Assembly: GCF_007860185.1 (NCBI RefSeq)
Contig: NZ_SJPY01000002.1
Location: 252,374-316,373, forward strand
Direction: 5' to 3'
Source of the DNA: Novipirellula aureliae
GTDB lineage: Bacteria; Planctomycetota; Planctomycetia; Pirellulales; Pirellulaceae
Length of the DNA stretch: 64,000 bases
Shown here: positions 1 to 9,172 of the stretch, in pieces
How the letters are laid out: each line of letters opens with the position of its first letter
How positions within the stretch are numbered: the stretch's first letter is position 1
Position numbers and translations under genes: made by a program
Notes under the pieces: model-generated
Databases searched by the model: none
Told to the model about the DNA's origin: nothing
The model's input: the letters and a program-made list of their open reading frames with translations, nothing else

Positions 1-2
1 TC

Positions 3-548
3 TTGCGAGCTGCAGGTACGCTCCATTGGGCACTGATGATCACCGTCTTTAGTCTGTCGCATGCGGCTTACCTGCTTGTCTTCGAGGCTGGTCCCGCTCC
101 ACGAGTTGATGGTAGTTATCCTTCGGAGTTGGGAGCGAGTTATCCAGGTGCCGGGTTACTGCTATTCCTGATTCTGATAACGGAGCTCAACGACATTTTT
201 CAATACATGTGGGGAAAAACACTTGGCCGTCACAAAGTGGCTCCCAACATCAGCCCAGGAAAAACCTACGAAGGCTTGCTTGGTGGTGTGGGAACGACGA
301 TCTTATTTGCCAGTTTGCTGGGCCCACGCTTAACCCTGATGGATGTTAGCCACTCACTTGTCGCGGGGCTGATCATTGCCGTCGCCGGTTTTGCAGGTGA
401 CTTGAGCATGTCGGCATTGAAACGCGACTTGAAAATCAAGGATTTCGGTGCCACCTTGCCTGGTCATGGCGGTGTTTTGGATCGCGTGGATTCTCTTGTG
501 TTTACCGCGCCACTTTTCTTCCATTTCATTTACTACACTTATGGTTAG
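3..548 (+). CDS. cdsA: phosphatidate cytidylyltransferase (CDP-diacylglycerol synthase), 5'-truncated at window start
   Basis: Translation ends with KTYEGLLGGVGTT...LKRDLKIKDFGATLPGHGGVLDRVDSLVF, the conserved C-terminal CdsA/CTP-transferase signature. Multiple TM helices. Followed directly by a plsC homolog (phospholipid operon context). Confidence 0.85.
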   Translation: MRAAGTLHWALMITVFSLSHAAYLLVFEAGPAPRVDGSYPSELGASYPGAGLLLFLILITELNDIFQYMWGKTLGRHKVAPNISPGKTYEGLLGGVGTTILFASLLGPRLTLMDVSHSLVAGLIIAVAGFAGDLSMSALKRDLKIKDFGATLPGHGGVLDRVDSLVFTAPLFFHFIYYTYG

Positions 549-682
549 GCTTTGCCTGAAAAGGGGTCGTGCCTGAAAAGGGGTCGGACCCTCTCCAGAC
601 GAGCCGAAAACAACAAAAAAAGAGTGTCCTCCAAAGGGTCAGCCCCCTTTTTCAGACAAAGCCTAATCGAGGCGATTGACCA

Positions 683-1333
683 ATGAACTCAGTTCTACGC
701 CCCCTGTTTTTTGCAATTGTCGTTCGTCCATTGATGATCATCCTCTTAGGAACGAACGTTCGTCGGCATGAGTTACTACCTGATCATGGCCCCGCTTTGA
801 TTGTCGCGAATCACAACAGTCATTTGGACGTGTTTGCGCTCATGAACATTTTGGGATTAAGACGCTTGTCATCGGTGCGTCCGGTTGCAGCAGCGGACTA
901 TTTTATGACGCGTCCTCTCCGGCGTTGGTTTGCGACACGCATCGTTGGTATCATTCCAATTGATCGCAACAATGTTCGGCGTGATCGAAACAGCAAGCAT
1001 CCGCTCGAACCGATTTCCGAAGTCCTGCGGCAAGGAGGCATTGTCTTGCTTTTCCCCGAAGGAACACGCGGAGAGCCAGAGCGATTGGAGGCATTTCAAG
1101 CTGGCGTCGCCCACCTTGCCCGACGGCATCCCGAGGTTCCCATCACCCCCGTTTTTATGCATGGACTCGGAAAAGCGTTGCCCAAAGGCGAGGCGATTCT
1201 CGTACCATTTTTCTGTGACGTATTCATCGGCCAACCGCTCGATTCTAGCTTGCCCAAAAAAGCGTTCATGGAACAATTGTGTGATCGGTTTGATCGTTTA
1301 TCGAAGGAGCAACCGCCGAAAGAATGGATCTAG
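683..1333 (+). CDS. plsC: 1-acyl-sn-glycerol-3-phosphate acyltransferase (lysophospholipid acyltransferase)
   Basis: HX4D motif (ANHNSHLDVFAL) and FPEGTRG motif, typical of the PlsC family. N-terminal TM helix. Sits downstream of cdsA. Confidence 0.8.
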   Translation: MNSVLRPLFFAIVVRPLMIILLGTNVRRHELLPDHGPALIVANHNSHLDVFALMNILGLRRLSSVRPVAAADYFMTRPLRRWFATRIVGIIPIDRNNVRRDRNSKHPLEPISEVLRQGGIVLLFPEGTRGEPERLEAFQAGVAHLARRHPEVPITPVFMHGLGKALPKGEAILVPFFCDVFIGQPLDSSLPKKAFMEQLCDRFDRLSKEQPPKEWI

Positions 1334-1348
1334 AGCATTTTGATTTTT

Positions 1349-1552
1349 GACGTGGCTGGGGCTTCCAGCCCCAGTTGAGAAGAACGCTGCGACTGGAAGC
1401 CACAGCCACTAAATATGACGTGGCTGGGGCTTCCAGCCCCAGTTGAGAAGAACGCTGCGACTGGAAGCCACAGCCACTAAATATGACGTGGCTGGGGCTT
1501 CCAGCCCCAGTTGAGAAGAACGCTGCGGCTGGAAGCCACAGCCACTAAATAA
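1349..1552. repeat. 68-bp tandem repeat x3, each unit containing the hairpin CTGGGGC-ttcca-GCCCCAG and the CTGGAAGCCACAGCCAC motif
   Basis: Unit gacgtggctggggcttccagccccagttgagaagaacgctgcgactggaagccacagccactaaatat starts at 1349, 1417 and 1485 (third copy has a->g variant). Lies between convergent plsC and DoxX ends. Related solo copies at 25055-25120, 44432-44490 and 63380-63420. Confidence 0.9.
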
Positions 1553-1665
1553 GCAGCCTACGGCTTTTTGCAAAATGCTCTAGGCTGATTCGTTGGAGTC
1601 CAGCCTTGAGGCGATTCTTTTCAGGTAATTGGCTAAAGCCTAAACTCCAACTCACCTGCCCTTGA

Positions 1666-2094
1666 TTACAACCACCAGCCCTTGCCTTGTCGGACGGCGT
1701 AATTCCCAGGGCCGATCAATGCGATTACGAGGGAACCCAACAGGTAAAGCATCGGCAACTCGATCGCCCAGCCACCGTGAGGTCCGATGCTAAGGATGTC
1801 CGCCGAGTGGGCAAGCAAGATGGCGACCAGCATATTGAAGGCAAACACCAAAGAGGAAATTCTTGTAAAAACGCCCGCCAGCATGAGCAGTGGCACGACA
1901 AGCTCCCCCACATAGACTCCATACGCCAACAACGTCGGCACCCCCTTGGCGGCCAACATTCCCTCGATGCCGCCAACCCCACCAATCATCTTGGCGATTC
2001 CATGAAAGAGCATCAAGCCAGCGATCGTGACTCTCAGCAGAAGCTTTCCGTAATCTTCAAGCTTCGCTTGCGAAGCGTTTTTCCAAGTGAGCAT
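1666..2094 (-). CDS. DoxX family membrane protein
   Basis: 142 aa, four predicted TM helices, LLLRVTIAGLMLFHGIAKM... pattern typical of DoxX (COG2259). Confidence 0.65.
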   Translation of the reverse strand: MLTWKNASQAKLEDYGKLLLRVTIAGLMLFHGIAKMIGGVGGIEGMLAAKGVPTLLAYGVYVGELVVPLLMLAGVFTRISSLVFAFNMLVAILLAHSADILSIGPHGGWAIELPMLYLLGSLVIALIGPGNYAVRQGKGWWL

Positions 2095-2126
2095 GCGATC
2101 GATTCTCGATAGAGCGTAGAGAGGAA

Positions 2127-3341
2127 TTAGTAAGTTCTTGGTCGAACCGACGCCTGGACGCGGCTTGGTAGGCCTTGGATTCGCAGGAACCCTTCCGCAT
2201 CGTCTTGGTTGTAGGAACCGCCTCCTTCCATCGTGGCAATTTCGGCATCATACAAACTGTTCGGGCTCGTCCGCGATTCGACGCTAATGTTCCCTTTGTA
2301 TAGTTTCAACGTGACTTCGCCCGTTACCGGTTTTTGAGCCTCTTGAATAAACGCCATCAAGGCATCCATCTTGGGCGTATACCAGAATCCGTAGTACACC
2401 ATCTCGGCGACTTCGGGTGCCAAGCGATCACGCAAGTGCATCAAGTCACGGTCCATCGTCAGTTGCTCTACATACATGACGGCATCGTACAGTACCGTCA
2501 TGCCTGGTGACTCATAAACGCCCCGGCTCTTCATACCGACAAAGCGGTTTTCGACCATGTCGATGCGTCCGATACCGTTGCGGCCAGCGATCTCGTTGAG
2601 CGATTCGACCATCTCCAGTGCATTGACCGACTTGCCGTTAAGCTTGACCGGCACGCCAGACTCGATACCGATCGTAACCGATTCGGATTTATCCGGTGCT
2701 TCTTGTGGACTGACGCCCATTCCGAAATCAACGAGTTCAACCCCGTTAACGTCTAGCTCCTCGAGCTGGCCCGCTTCATAGCTGATGTGCAACACATTTT
2801 CGTCGCTACTGTAGGGTTTTGACGTGGATGCTTTAACGGGGATGTTTTTCTCAGCACAGTAGGCGATCAATTCGGTCCGTCCAGGAAATGCGTCACGAAA
2901 TTCCTTGATCCGCCAAGGAGCAATCGTTTCGACGCTCGGGTCGAGGGCTTCGGCGGCGAGTTGGAATCGGCATTGGTCGTTTCCTTTACCCGTTGCTCCG
3001 TGAGCGTAAGCGGTCGCTCCGACTTCACGAGCGACTTCGAGGCAAACCTTGCTGATCAGCGGGCGGGCAATCGAGGTGCCGAGCAGGTAGATTTGCTCGT
3101 ACTTGGCCTGCCAAGCCAAAACGGGGAAAGCAAAGTCGCGGCACAGTTCTTCGCGAACGTCGATGAGACGAGCGGATTTCGCTCCGCAGTCGCGAGCCTT
3201 TTTCATAGTCGCTTCGCGATCTTCGCCCGGTTGCCCGAGATCGACGTAGACCGCATGCACCTCATAACCCTTGTCTTGAAGCCATCCAAGAATGACCGAA
3301 GTATCCAATCCACCCGAATAGGCAAGTACACAGCTTTTCAT
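2127..3341 (-). CDS. argG: argininosuccinate synthase
   Basis: MKSCVLAYSGGLDTSVILGWL (PP-loop), ...GATGKGNDQCRFQL..., full-length ArgG homology. The ORF track extends to 3428, but the ATG at 3339-3341 (MKSCVLAYSGGLDTS) gives a canonical N-terminus. Confidence 0.93.
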   Translation of the reverse strand: MKSCVLAYSGGLDTSVILGWLQDKGYEVHAVYVDLGQPGEDREATMKKARDCGAKSARLIDVREELCRDFAFPVLAWQAKYEQIYLLGTSIARPLISKVCLEVAREVGATAYAHGATGKGNDQCRFQLAAEALDPSVETIAPWRIKEFRDAFPGRTELIAYCAEKNIPVKASTSKPYSSDENVLHISYEAGQLEELDVNGVELVDFGMGVSPQEAPDKSESVTIGIESGVPVKLNGKSVNALEMVESLNEIAGRNGIGRIDMVENRFVGMKSRGVYESPGMTVLYDAVMYVEQLTMDRDLMHLRDRLAPEVAEMVYYGFWYTPKMDALMAFIQEAQKPVTGEVTLKLYKGNISVESRTSPNSLYDAEIATMEGGGSYNQDDAEGFLRIQGLPSRVQASVRPRTY

Positions 3342-3369
3342 AACGACGCCAACTACCAACAATAAGAGG

Positions 3370-4290
3370 TTGAAACAAGATTCACTGCCCAATTTGAATT
3401 TCGAAACCCTCTTCGTGCAACCGCCCATGCCCAGTCAGCCACCCGATGCGAGAGAAATAATTGCCCAGGTCGCTACGGGAGCAATATCGATTGACGACGC
3501 CCTAGCACGTCTCGGAATCGCTACCGCAGCATCGACAGGGCTTGAAAATCTGCCCAAGAATCGAGCGGAAATGCAATCGATCGGCGGTGCGACCGTCGAT
3601 TTGGGGCGTCGAGAACGTTGTGGATTCAGCGAAGTAATCTACGGTGAGGGAAAAAACGTATCCCTTATCGCCGATATCATTGAAACGCAGCAGCGGGCTG
3701 GGCAGAGTTCTTTGGCTACTCGGCTTGCCCCATCGGCCGCCGAATGGCTACAACAAAAATTCCCTTCGGGCCACTACAATTCATTGGCCAGAACGTTTCG
3801 CACCACAGCCAAAAATCCTCAGCCCCCCTGCCCTGCTGAGCAAAAATCTTTCTCTGCTACCTATCATGCCGCCGTCGTCACCGCGGGAAGCACCGATACT
3901 CCGGTCGCCGAAGAAGCGATCGAAACCCTCATCTGGATGGAGATTCCCTACCAGCGTTTCGATGACATCGGTGTCGCCGGGCCGCAAAGATTACTTGCGG
4001 CCGTGCCCCAGCTTCGCCAGGCATCGGCGGTCGTGGTGATTGCGGGCATGGAAGGCGCGCTGCCAGCGGCCATCGCAGGCCATTTGTCGGCCCCCATTTT
4101 CGCAGTCCCGACCAGCGTTGGCTACGGCGCAACACTGGGCGGCTTGACTCCACTTCTGGGCATGTTGAGTAGTTGTGCTTCGAATGTCGCCACCGTCAAC
4201 ATCGACGCCGGTTTCAAAGGCGGATATTTAGCAGGAATCGTGGTCCAGCAATTGCTCGCTAGTCATTCGCCATTTGGAAAGATAAAGTAG
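3370..4290 (+). CDS. larB: nickel-pincer cofactor biosynthesis protein LarB (PurE-like pyridinium-3,5-biscarboxylic acid mononucleotide synthase)
   Basis: N-terminal REIIAQVATGAISIDDALARL helix domain followed by a PurE-like fold: VVTAGSTDTPVAEEA ... IAGMEGALPAAIAGHLSAPIFAVPTSVGYGATLGG ... TVNIDAGFKGGYLA. This matches the COG1691/LarB architecture. Confidence 0.65.
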   Translation: MKQDSLPNLNFETLFVQPPMPSQPPDAREIIAQVATGAISIDDALARLGIATAASTGLENLPKNRAEMQSIGGATVDLGRRERCGFSEVIYGEGKNVSLIADIIETQQRAGQSSLATRLAPSAAEWLQQKFPSGHYNSLARTFRTTAKNPQPPCPAEQKSFSATYHAAVVTAGSTDTPVAEEAIETLIWMEIPYQRFDDIGVAGPQRLLAAVPQLRQASAVVVIAGMEGALPAAIAGHLSAPIFAVPTSVGYGATLGGLTPLLGMLSSCASNVATVNIDAGFKGGYLAGIVVQQLLASHSPFGKIK

Positions 4291-4341
4291 CCTCCCGTTG
4301 GCCGCCCCCAGCCTACCCGAATCACAAAGGACCACGGACGA

Positions 4342-5208
4342 ATGACAAATCCTCCCCTGCCCTTCCCTTCGCGAAAGACGGACGCTCACAAAGGCGATGT
4401 GGGGAGGGTTTTGCTTGTCGGTGGTTCGCGTGGGATGGCTGGATCGATCTCGCTATCATCCATGGCGGCATTGCACACTGGATCGGGGCTCGTCAGTGCG
4501 GCGGTTCCCGATCGCTGTCTCGAAACGGTGGCCTCGTTTCATCCGTGTTTGATGACCATCCCGCTGGCGGATGATGCAGCAGGCCATTTTGCGAGCGCTG
4601 CGGTAACGGAGATTGCTCAGCAAGTGGACGCCTACGATGCAATCGGTTGTGGACCTGGGATGGGGACAAGTGATGCTGCGATCGAGCTGGTCGAGTTGCT
4701 ACTGCAAAAGAGCGATATCGCACGCGTCTTGGATGCGGATGCCTTGAACGCTTTGTCGAAAACCAATTGGGGCCATCGTCAATCTTCCAAATCGGGGCCA
4801 CTGATCTTGACTCCGCACCCTGGCGAATTACAACGGCTGTCAGGGGTTCGTTCTTCGGACCGCGAACAGCAAATCAAAGCGGCCCATCGATTGGCGGCTC
4901 TTCATGATGTCGTGGTTGTCGTCAAAGGGGGCCCGACGGTGGTCGTCGATGCCGAGCGAAAATGGACCAATACGACCGGTAATCCTGGCATGGCTACGGG
5001 CGGAAGCGGCGATGTCTTGACGGGAGTCGTCACATCGCTGCTCGGACAAGGCATGACGCCATGGGACGCCTCTCGACTCGGTGTTTGGCTGCATGGTGCC
5101 GCAGGCGATCGGGCTGCCGTGAAGCATGGTCAAGCAGGCATGACCGCACGGGAGCTGCTCGACGAGATCCCTGGCGTAATGGCAGCCTATGAAAATCGCT
5201 GCATTTGA
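4342..5208 (+). CDS. nnrD: ADP-dependent NAD(P)H-hydrate dehydratase (YjeF C-terminal domain)
   Basis: HKGDVGRVLLVGGSRGMAGSISLSSMAALHTGSGLV, LTPHPGE and GNPGMATGGSGDVLTGV motifs of the carbohydrate-kinase-like NnrD family. Confidence 0.8.
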   Translation: MTNPPLPFPSRKTDAHKGDVGRVLLVGGSRGMAGSISLSSMAALHTGSGLVSAAVPDRCLETVASFHPCLMTIPLADDAAGHFASAAVTEIAQQVDAYDAIGCGPGMGTSDAAIELVELLLQKSDIARVLDADALNALSKTNWGHRQSSKSGPLILTPHPGELQRLSGVRSSDREQQIKAAHRLAALHDVVVVVKGGPTVVVDAERKWTNTTGNPGMATGGSGDVLTGVVTSLLGQGMTPWDASRLGVWLHGAAGDRAAVKHGQAGMTARELLDEIPGVMAAYENRCI

Positions 5209-5411
5209 TGTTGTTTCGTGGTGTTTTCAACCTAGTCTACGCTTACCGCCCGGGTTTTATTGTGTCCCCCAAGCTAGAAGCCTGGGCCACGTTCTCGGGG
5301 CCAAGCGGCCTTTACAAATTTTGTCCGGTACCAGGTCTACGAAAATGGAACGTTTTGAGTCATACTGTTCCCCCCTGCCCTGCCCCGCTTTTCTGAACTC
5401 GACTTTTATAC

Positions 5412-6332
5412 GTGACGAAACTACTACGCTTAAGCGAAATTACCGATGCGGTTCGTTATGGCGTGATCAGTATCGGCAACTTTGACGGAGTTCACCGCGG
5501 GCACGCGGTCTTGATCGGCGCGGCTCGTCGATTGGCGGATCGTCTCCACGGGCCTGTCGTCGCGGTCGCCTTTGATCCTCATCCTGCCGAAATCCTACGT
5601 CCCGACCGAGCTCCCGCGCAATTGACTTGGTTGGAAAGGCGAGCCGAACTGCTGGGGGAACAGGGGGCGGATTTCCTAGTCATCATCCCCATCGGTCAAG
5701 CCTTCCTAAATTTGTCGGCAACCGAGTTCTTTGTCTCCTTGGTCCGTGACCAATTCGCTAGTAAAGGAATCGTCGAAGGTCCGAATTTCTTTTTCGGCCG
5801 CTCGCGACAAGGAAATATCGAAACGCTCCGATCGCTTTGTGAACAACACAGCATCGAATTGTCCGTCGCCGAATCCTCGAAGGACGCCGAGTCGATGATC
5901 AGTAGCACGCGGGTTCGCGATTTCATTCGAAGTGGCGACATCGACGCCGCCAATGGGCTGATGGGGCATCCACATCGGCTGCGTGGAACCGTTGGGCATG
6001 GGGCCGGTCGGGGGAAAAGCATTGGATTTCCCACGGCGAACCTCACCGACATTGATGTCCTAGTCCCTGGTGTCGGTGTCTACGGCGGGCATGCGATCGT
6101 GGACGGCAACCGACACACGGCTGCGATTCATATCGGGCCGAATCCAACCTTCGACGATTCTGAAAAACGGAAGGTCGAAGTACACCTGCTCGATTACAAT
6201 GGCGATTTGTACCAGCGTCCGATGATGGTTGACGTCGACACTCGAGTGCGTGACATTGTTCGCTTTGATTCGCCTGAAAAACTTGTCGAGCAGCTCAACA
6301 AAGATATCTCATCGATCCGCGAGAATCAGTGA
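5412..6332 (+). CDS. ribF: bifunctional riboflavin kinase / FAD synthetase
   Basis: ISIGNFDGVHRGH nucleotidyltransferase motif at the N-terminus, C-terminal riboflavin kinase domain (GFPTANL, PNPTFDD), 306 aa. Confidence 0.9.
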   Translation: MTKLLRLSEITDAVRYGVISIGNFDGVHRGHAVLIGAARRLADRLHGPVVAVAFDPHPAEILRPDRAPAQLTWLERRAELLGEQGADFLVIIPIGQAFLNLSATEFFVSLVRDQFASKGIVEGPNFFFGRSRQGNIETLRSLCEQHSIELSVAESSKDAESMISSTRVRDFIRSGDIDAANGLMGHPHRLRGTVGHGAGRGKSIGFPTANLTDIDVLVPGVGVYGGHAIVDGNRHTAAIHIGPNPTFDDSEKRKVEVHLLDYNGDLYQRPMMVDVDTRVRDIVRFDSPEKLVEQLNKDISSIRENQ

Positions 6333-6649
6333 GGGACGTCGACTTGAAGACCATGGTAGCGAAAAAGCGTTTAGGGATTCGTCCATGCTTGTTGAAATTG
6401 CTTTATGTTATCGTCGCGAAGCGATGATAGGCGAAGGCCTCAGACACAAGTCTGGGGGGCACAAGCCTGGAGGCTTGCCGCAAACGACGATCGGAGAGTC
6501 CCGTCGGGACTTCCGATTCCAATGAAAACCGAAACCATAGACGAACGTCCGTGGCGATAACCTGCCGTGCCTTCGGCACTCAAAAACGCAACGTTAATTC
6601 TTGCGCTTCGGGTTATGATGAAATGCTAAGTGGCATTGTCCTATAACGT

Positions 6650-7684
6650 ATGAACAAATTTATTTCTCCTTCGAAAGCGAAAAGCCTAATGGGTGTCAAT
6701 TGGAAAGCCTTTGTCGATCAAATCAGCCACTATGAATCGTTTGTTCTCGTCAGCCACATTCGGCCCGACTGTGATGCGCTCGGCAGCGAGCTAGGAATGG
6801 CGGAGGTGCTGCGGTCGGTTGGCAAGAAGGTACGAATCATCAATTCACATCGCACACCCACCGCCTTGCAGTTTCTCGATCCGGCTGGCAATATCGAAGT
6901 TCTCGGCGACCATGTCGAGGCGGAAGATATCACGGCGGATTGCATCATGATCCTAGACACATCTGCATGGGCCCAACTTGGTGACATGGGCGACTTTATC
7001 CGAGCGTCGCGGATCGATAAGATCATTGTCGATCATCATGTCGGCGAAGATGACATCGGCGCAACGTTGTACAAAGACTACCAGGCCGAAGCGACGGGAC
7101 ACTTGGTCGTACAAGCAGCCGATGCGCTCGGCGTACCGCTAACGCGAACCATGGCGGCTCCGCTGTTTGCTGCCATCGCTACCGACACCGGATGGTTCCG
7201 GTTCGGCAGTGTCACACCAGAAACCTACCGCGTGGTAGCCCGGTTAGTTGACGCCGGTGTCGTCCCAAGTGAAATCTATAGTGATCTGTACGAGCGAGAT
7301 ACTCTCGGGCGACTTAAACTGCGAGGCCTGATTCTGTCGCGAACCGAATCGGAAGTCGACGGGGCTTTAATGCATACCTACGTCGAGAAAGAAGACTTTG
7401 CCAAAGTCGGTGCCGAAGCGAGTGACACCGAAGATGCAATCAACTTGACGTTGGCGGTGCAAGGCACCAAGGCGGCGGTCATTTTTGTTGGTCAACTTCG
7501 CGGCGGATTCAAGTTGAGTTTTCGCAGTCGGTGTGCAATGGATTGCAATGAGATCGCACAGCAATTTGGGGGCGGCGGTCACAAAGCCGCGGCTGGAGCT
7601 TTTCAAGAAGGAACCCTCGACGACGTGAAAGCCAAAGTGTTGCCCGTCGTTATCGACGCAGTCCGAAAAGCGATCGAGACTTAA
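6650..7684 (+). CDS. nrnA: DHH/DHHA1 family phosphoesterase (NrnA-like bifunctional oligoribonuclease / pAp phosphatase)
   Basis: VLVSHIRPDCDALGS (DHH motif I), DHHVGED, C-terminal DHHA1 GGGHKAAAGA motif. Confidence 0.7.
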   Translation: MNKFISPSKAKSLMGVNWKAFVDQISHYESFVLVSHIRPDCDALGSELGMAEVLRSVGKKVRIINSHRTPTALQFLDPAGNIEVLGDHVEAEDITADCIMILDTSAWAQLGDMGDFIRASRIDKIIVDHHVGEDDIGATLYKDYQAEATGHLVVQAADALGVPLTRTMAAPLFAAIATDTGWFRFGSVTPETYRVVARLVDAGVVPSEIYSDLYERDTLGRLKLRGLILSRTESEVDGALMHTYVEKEDFAKVGAEASDTEDAINLTLAVQGTKAAVIFVGQLRGGFKLSFRSRCAMDCNEIAQQFGGGGHKAAAGAFQEGTLDDVKAKVLPVVIDAVRKAIET

Positions 7685-7730
7685 TCGAGACTTCGTCGCT
7701 ACCTAGCCTCGGCTTCATGACCTGCGTGTG

Positions 7731-7755
7731 CCCTGCCCTGCCCTGCCCTGCCCTC
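7731..7755. repeat. (CCCTG)5 pentanucleotide microsatellite
   Basis: ccctgccctgccctgccctgccct immediately downstream of the nrnA-like stop codon. Confidence 0.9.
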
Positions 7756-8097
7756 GCTGTTCTACCCAATCGCTACCCAGCCGGTAGGGTTGGACCAAGC
7801 AATCGGATGGACCGTTGGGCTGAAATCGTTGCATGCGCCGCGTGGAAAACAACCGGGGCTCTTCCCCCCAAGGCTGGGAGCCTCGGCATCACTCCTTCCA
7901 GACTGGAAGCCGAGCCGCGGGCAAGATCCCAAGATCCGCTGTCAACCGAGTCACGTTGTGCCGGTTATACAGGTTGGCTTTGTCTGAACTCGTTTTCCTC
8001 GGCCAGATGGTCGAATCCTTACAACTAGAACGAGTGTTTTTGCACTCGTTTCGTTAGCGAAACGGATTATAGCGATCAACCTTCGGAGAAGCGTAGC

Positions 8098-8973
8098 ATG
8101 GATGCGGCTAAACGAAACCAACGATTTACTCTGAGTTGCGAACCGCAAACGGTACGTCCCGCTCTGTGGGTGTTTACGATTGCCACTGCCGTATGCTGCG
8201 TTTCGGCAGCCAAGGCCGCTGGCGGTATCGAGCTTGTTGCGAGTGACTCACGGAAATCTGAAGTGCTGATCGAAGGACCGGTGCGAATTTCCCCGGCCTC
8301 CTTTCCCCATTCCTTGTCTTCTATCAACAAGTCTCACTTCGTCGTGTCGCTGAATGAAGAAGCCCAAGAGGAGTTAGGCTTTGATTCGTTGCCAAAAGAC
8401 CCGAGCGAAACGGATGACGAGGAATTCCGCGATCATCTGAAGAGCCGCGAACAGCGCAACTTGATGGACCAAGATGAATCTCAAGGCCGCCAACCTGAAG
8501 TTGTCAGTGGACGATTCATTTTGCCCGATTTGTCGGCTGCGACAACAAACACTACCGATATCGGCAATGGTAAAACGCCGGACGGTTTCCGTGGTGACTC
8601 ACCTGCTCCACTCGAACCGCTACCGGAATCCGGCGTCGATCGCCCCGGCAGTTGGACATGGTCGATGCGGACCTGGGCCGCCCCCAACACGTTTTCTTAC
8701 CCGCGATATTTCGAAGACCGAATGCTGGAGCGACATGGACATGAACGATGTCCCCATTGGACCCCACTGCTCGCCGGTGCTCGTTTCTTTGGAACCGTCC
8801 CGTTGTTGCCCTATCTAGCCACGGTACAACATCCGTGCGAATGCGAGTATACGCTAGGGTATTACCGAAGCGGCAACTGCGTACCTGCATACCTGCAACG
8901 TCCGCCGTATGAGCGAAAAGCGGTCATTGCGGAAGCTGCCGCCATCACCGCGGGTGTGCTGATCATTCCGTGA
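8098..8973 (+). CDS. hypothetical secreted protein with Cys-rich C-terminus
   Basis: 291-aa ORF in an otherwise empty 1.4-kb interval. Hydrophobic signal-like segment WVFTIATAVCCVSAAKAAGG, acidic middle, C-terminal CPHW...CECEY...C pattern. No recognisable family; the true start is uncertain. Confidence 0.35.
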   Translation: MDAAKRNQRFTLSCEPQTVRPALWVFTIATAVCCVSAAKAAGGIELVASDSRKSEVLIEGPVRISPASFPHSLSSINKSHFVVSLNEEAQEELGFDSLPKDPSETDDEEFRDHLKSREQRNLMDQDESQGRQPEVVSGRFILPDLSAATTNTTDIGNGKTPDGFRGDSPAPLEPLPESGVDRPGSWTWSMRTWAAPNTFSYPRYFEDRMLERHGHERCPHWTPLLAGARFFGTVPLLPYLATVQHPCECEYTLGYYRSGNCVPAYLQRPPYERKAVIAEAAAITAGVLIIP

Positions 8974-9172
8974 TAGAAAGGTCGTTGGGGTCCAAGCTTT
9001 AACCGATTTCGTACTCCGGATCATTTTCCCTGTTGAAAATCGCCGAAAGGCTAGACTCCAACGGTATCGGTATTGACGACTAGGCAATCAACCGGTCATT
9101 CTTTCTTTCTTGTGCTCATGCCTCCGTATCGCATGGGCTTCAGAAACCTCCGCAACTTGAGCGAATTTTGTC

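Noticed and set aside
5189-5485. Small ORFs in the nnrD-ribF intergenic gap
   Set aside because: Overlapping frames with no homology. The 200-bp gap is better explained as the ribF promoter region.
6480-6600. Stem-loop GTGCC-TTCG-GGCAC downstream of ribF, considered as a terminator or riboswitch fragment
   Set aside because: Short 5-bp stem, no U-tract, and no FMN-riboswitch-like conserved core. It is too weak to call.
7717-8148. Several 65-103-aa ORFs in the gene-free stretch after the nrnA-like gene
   Set aside because: Mutually overlapping and Pro/Arg/Gly-rich, with no conserved motif. The region contains the CCCTG microsatellite and is probably non-coding. An unannotated small RNA cannot be excluded.
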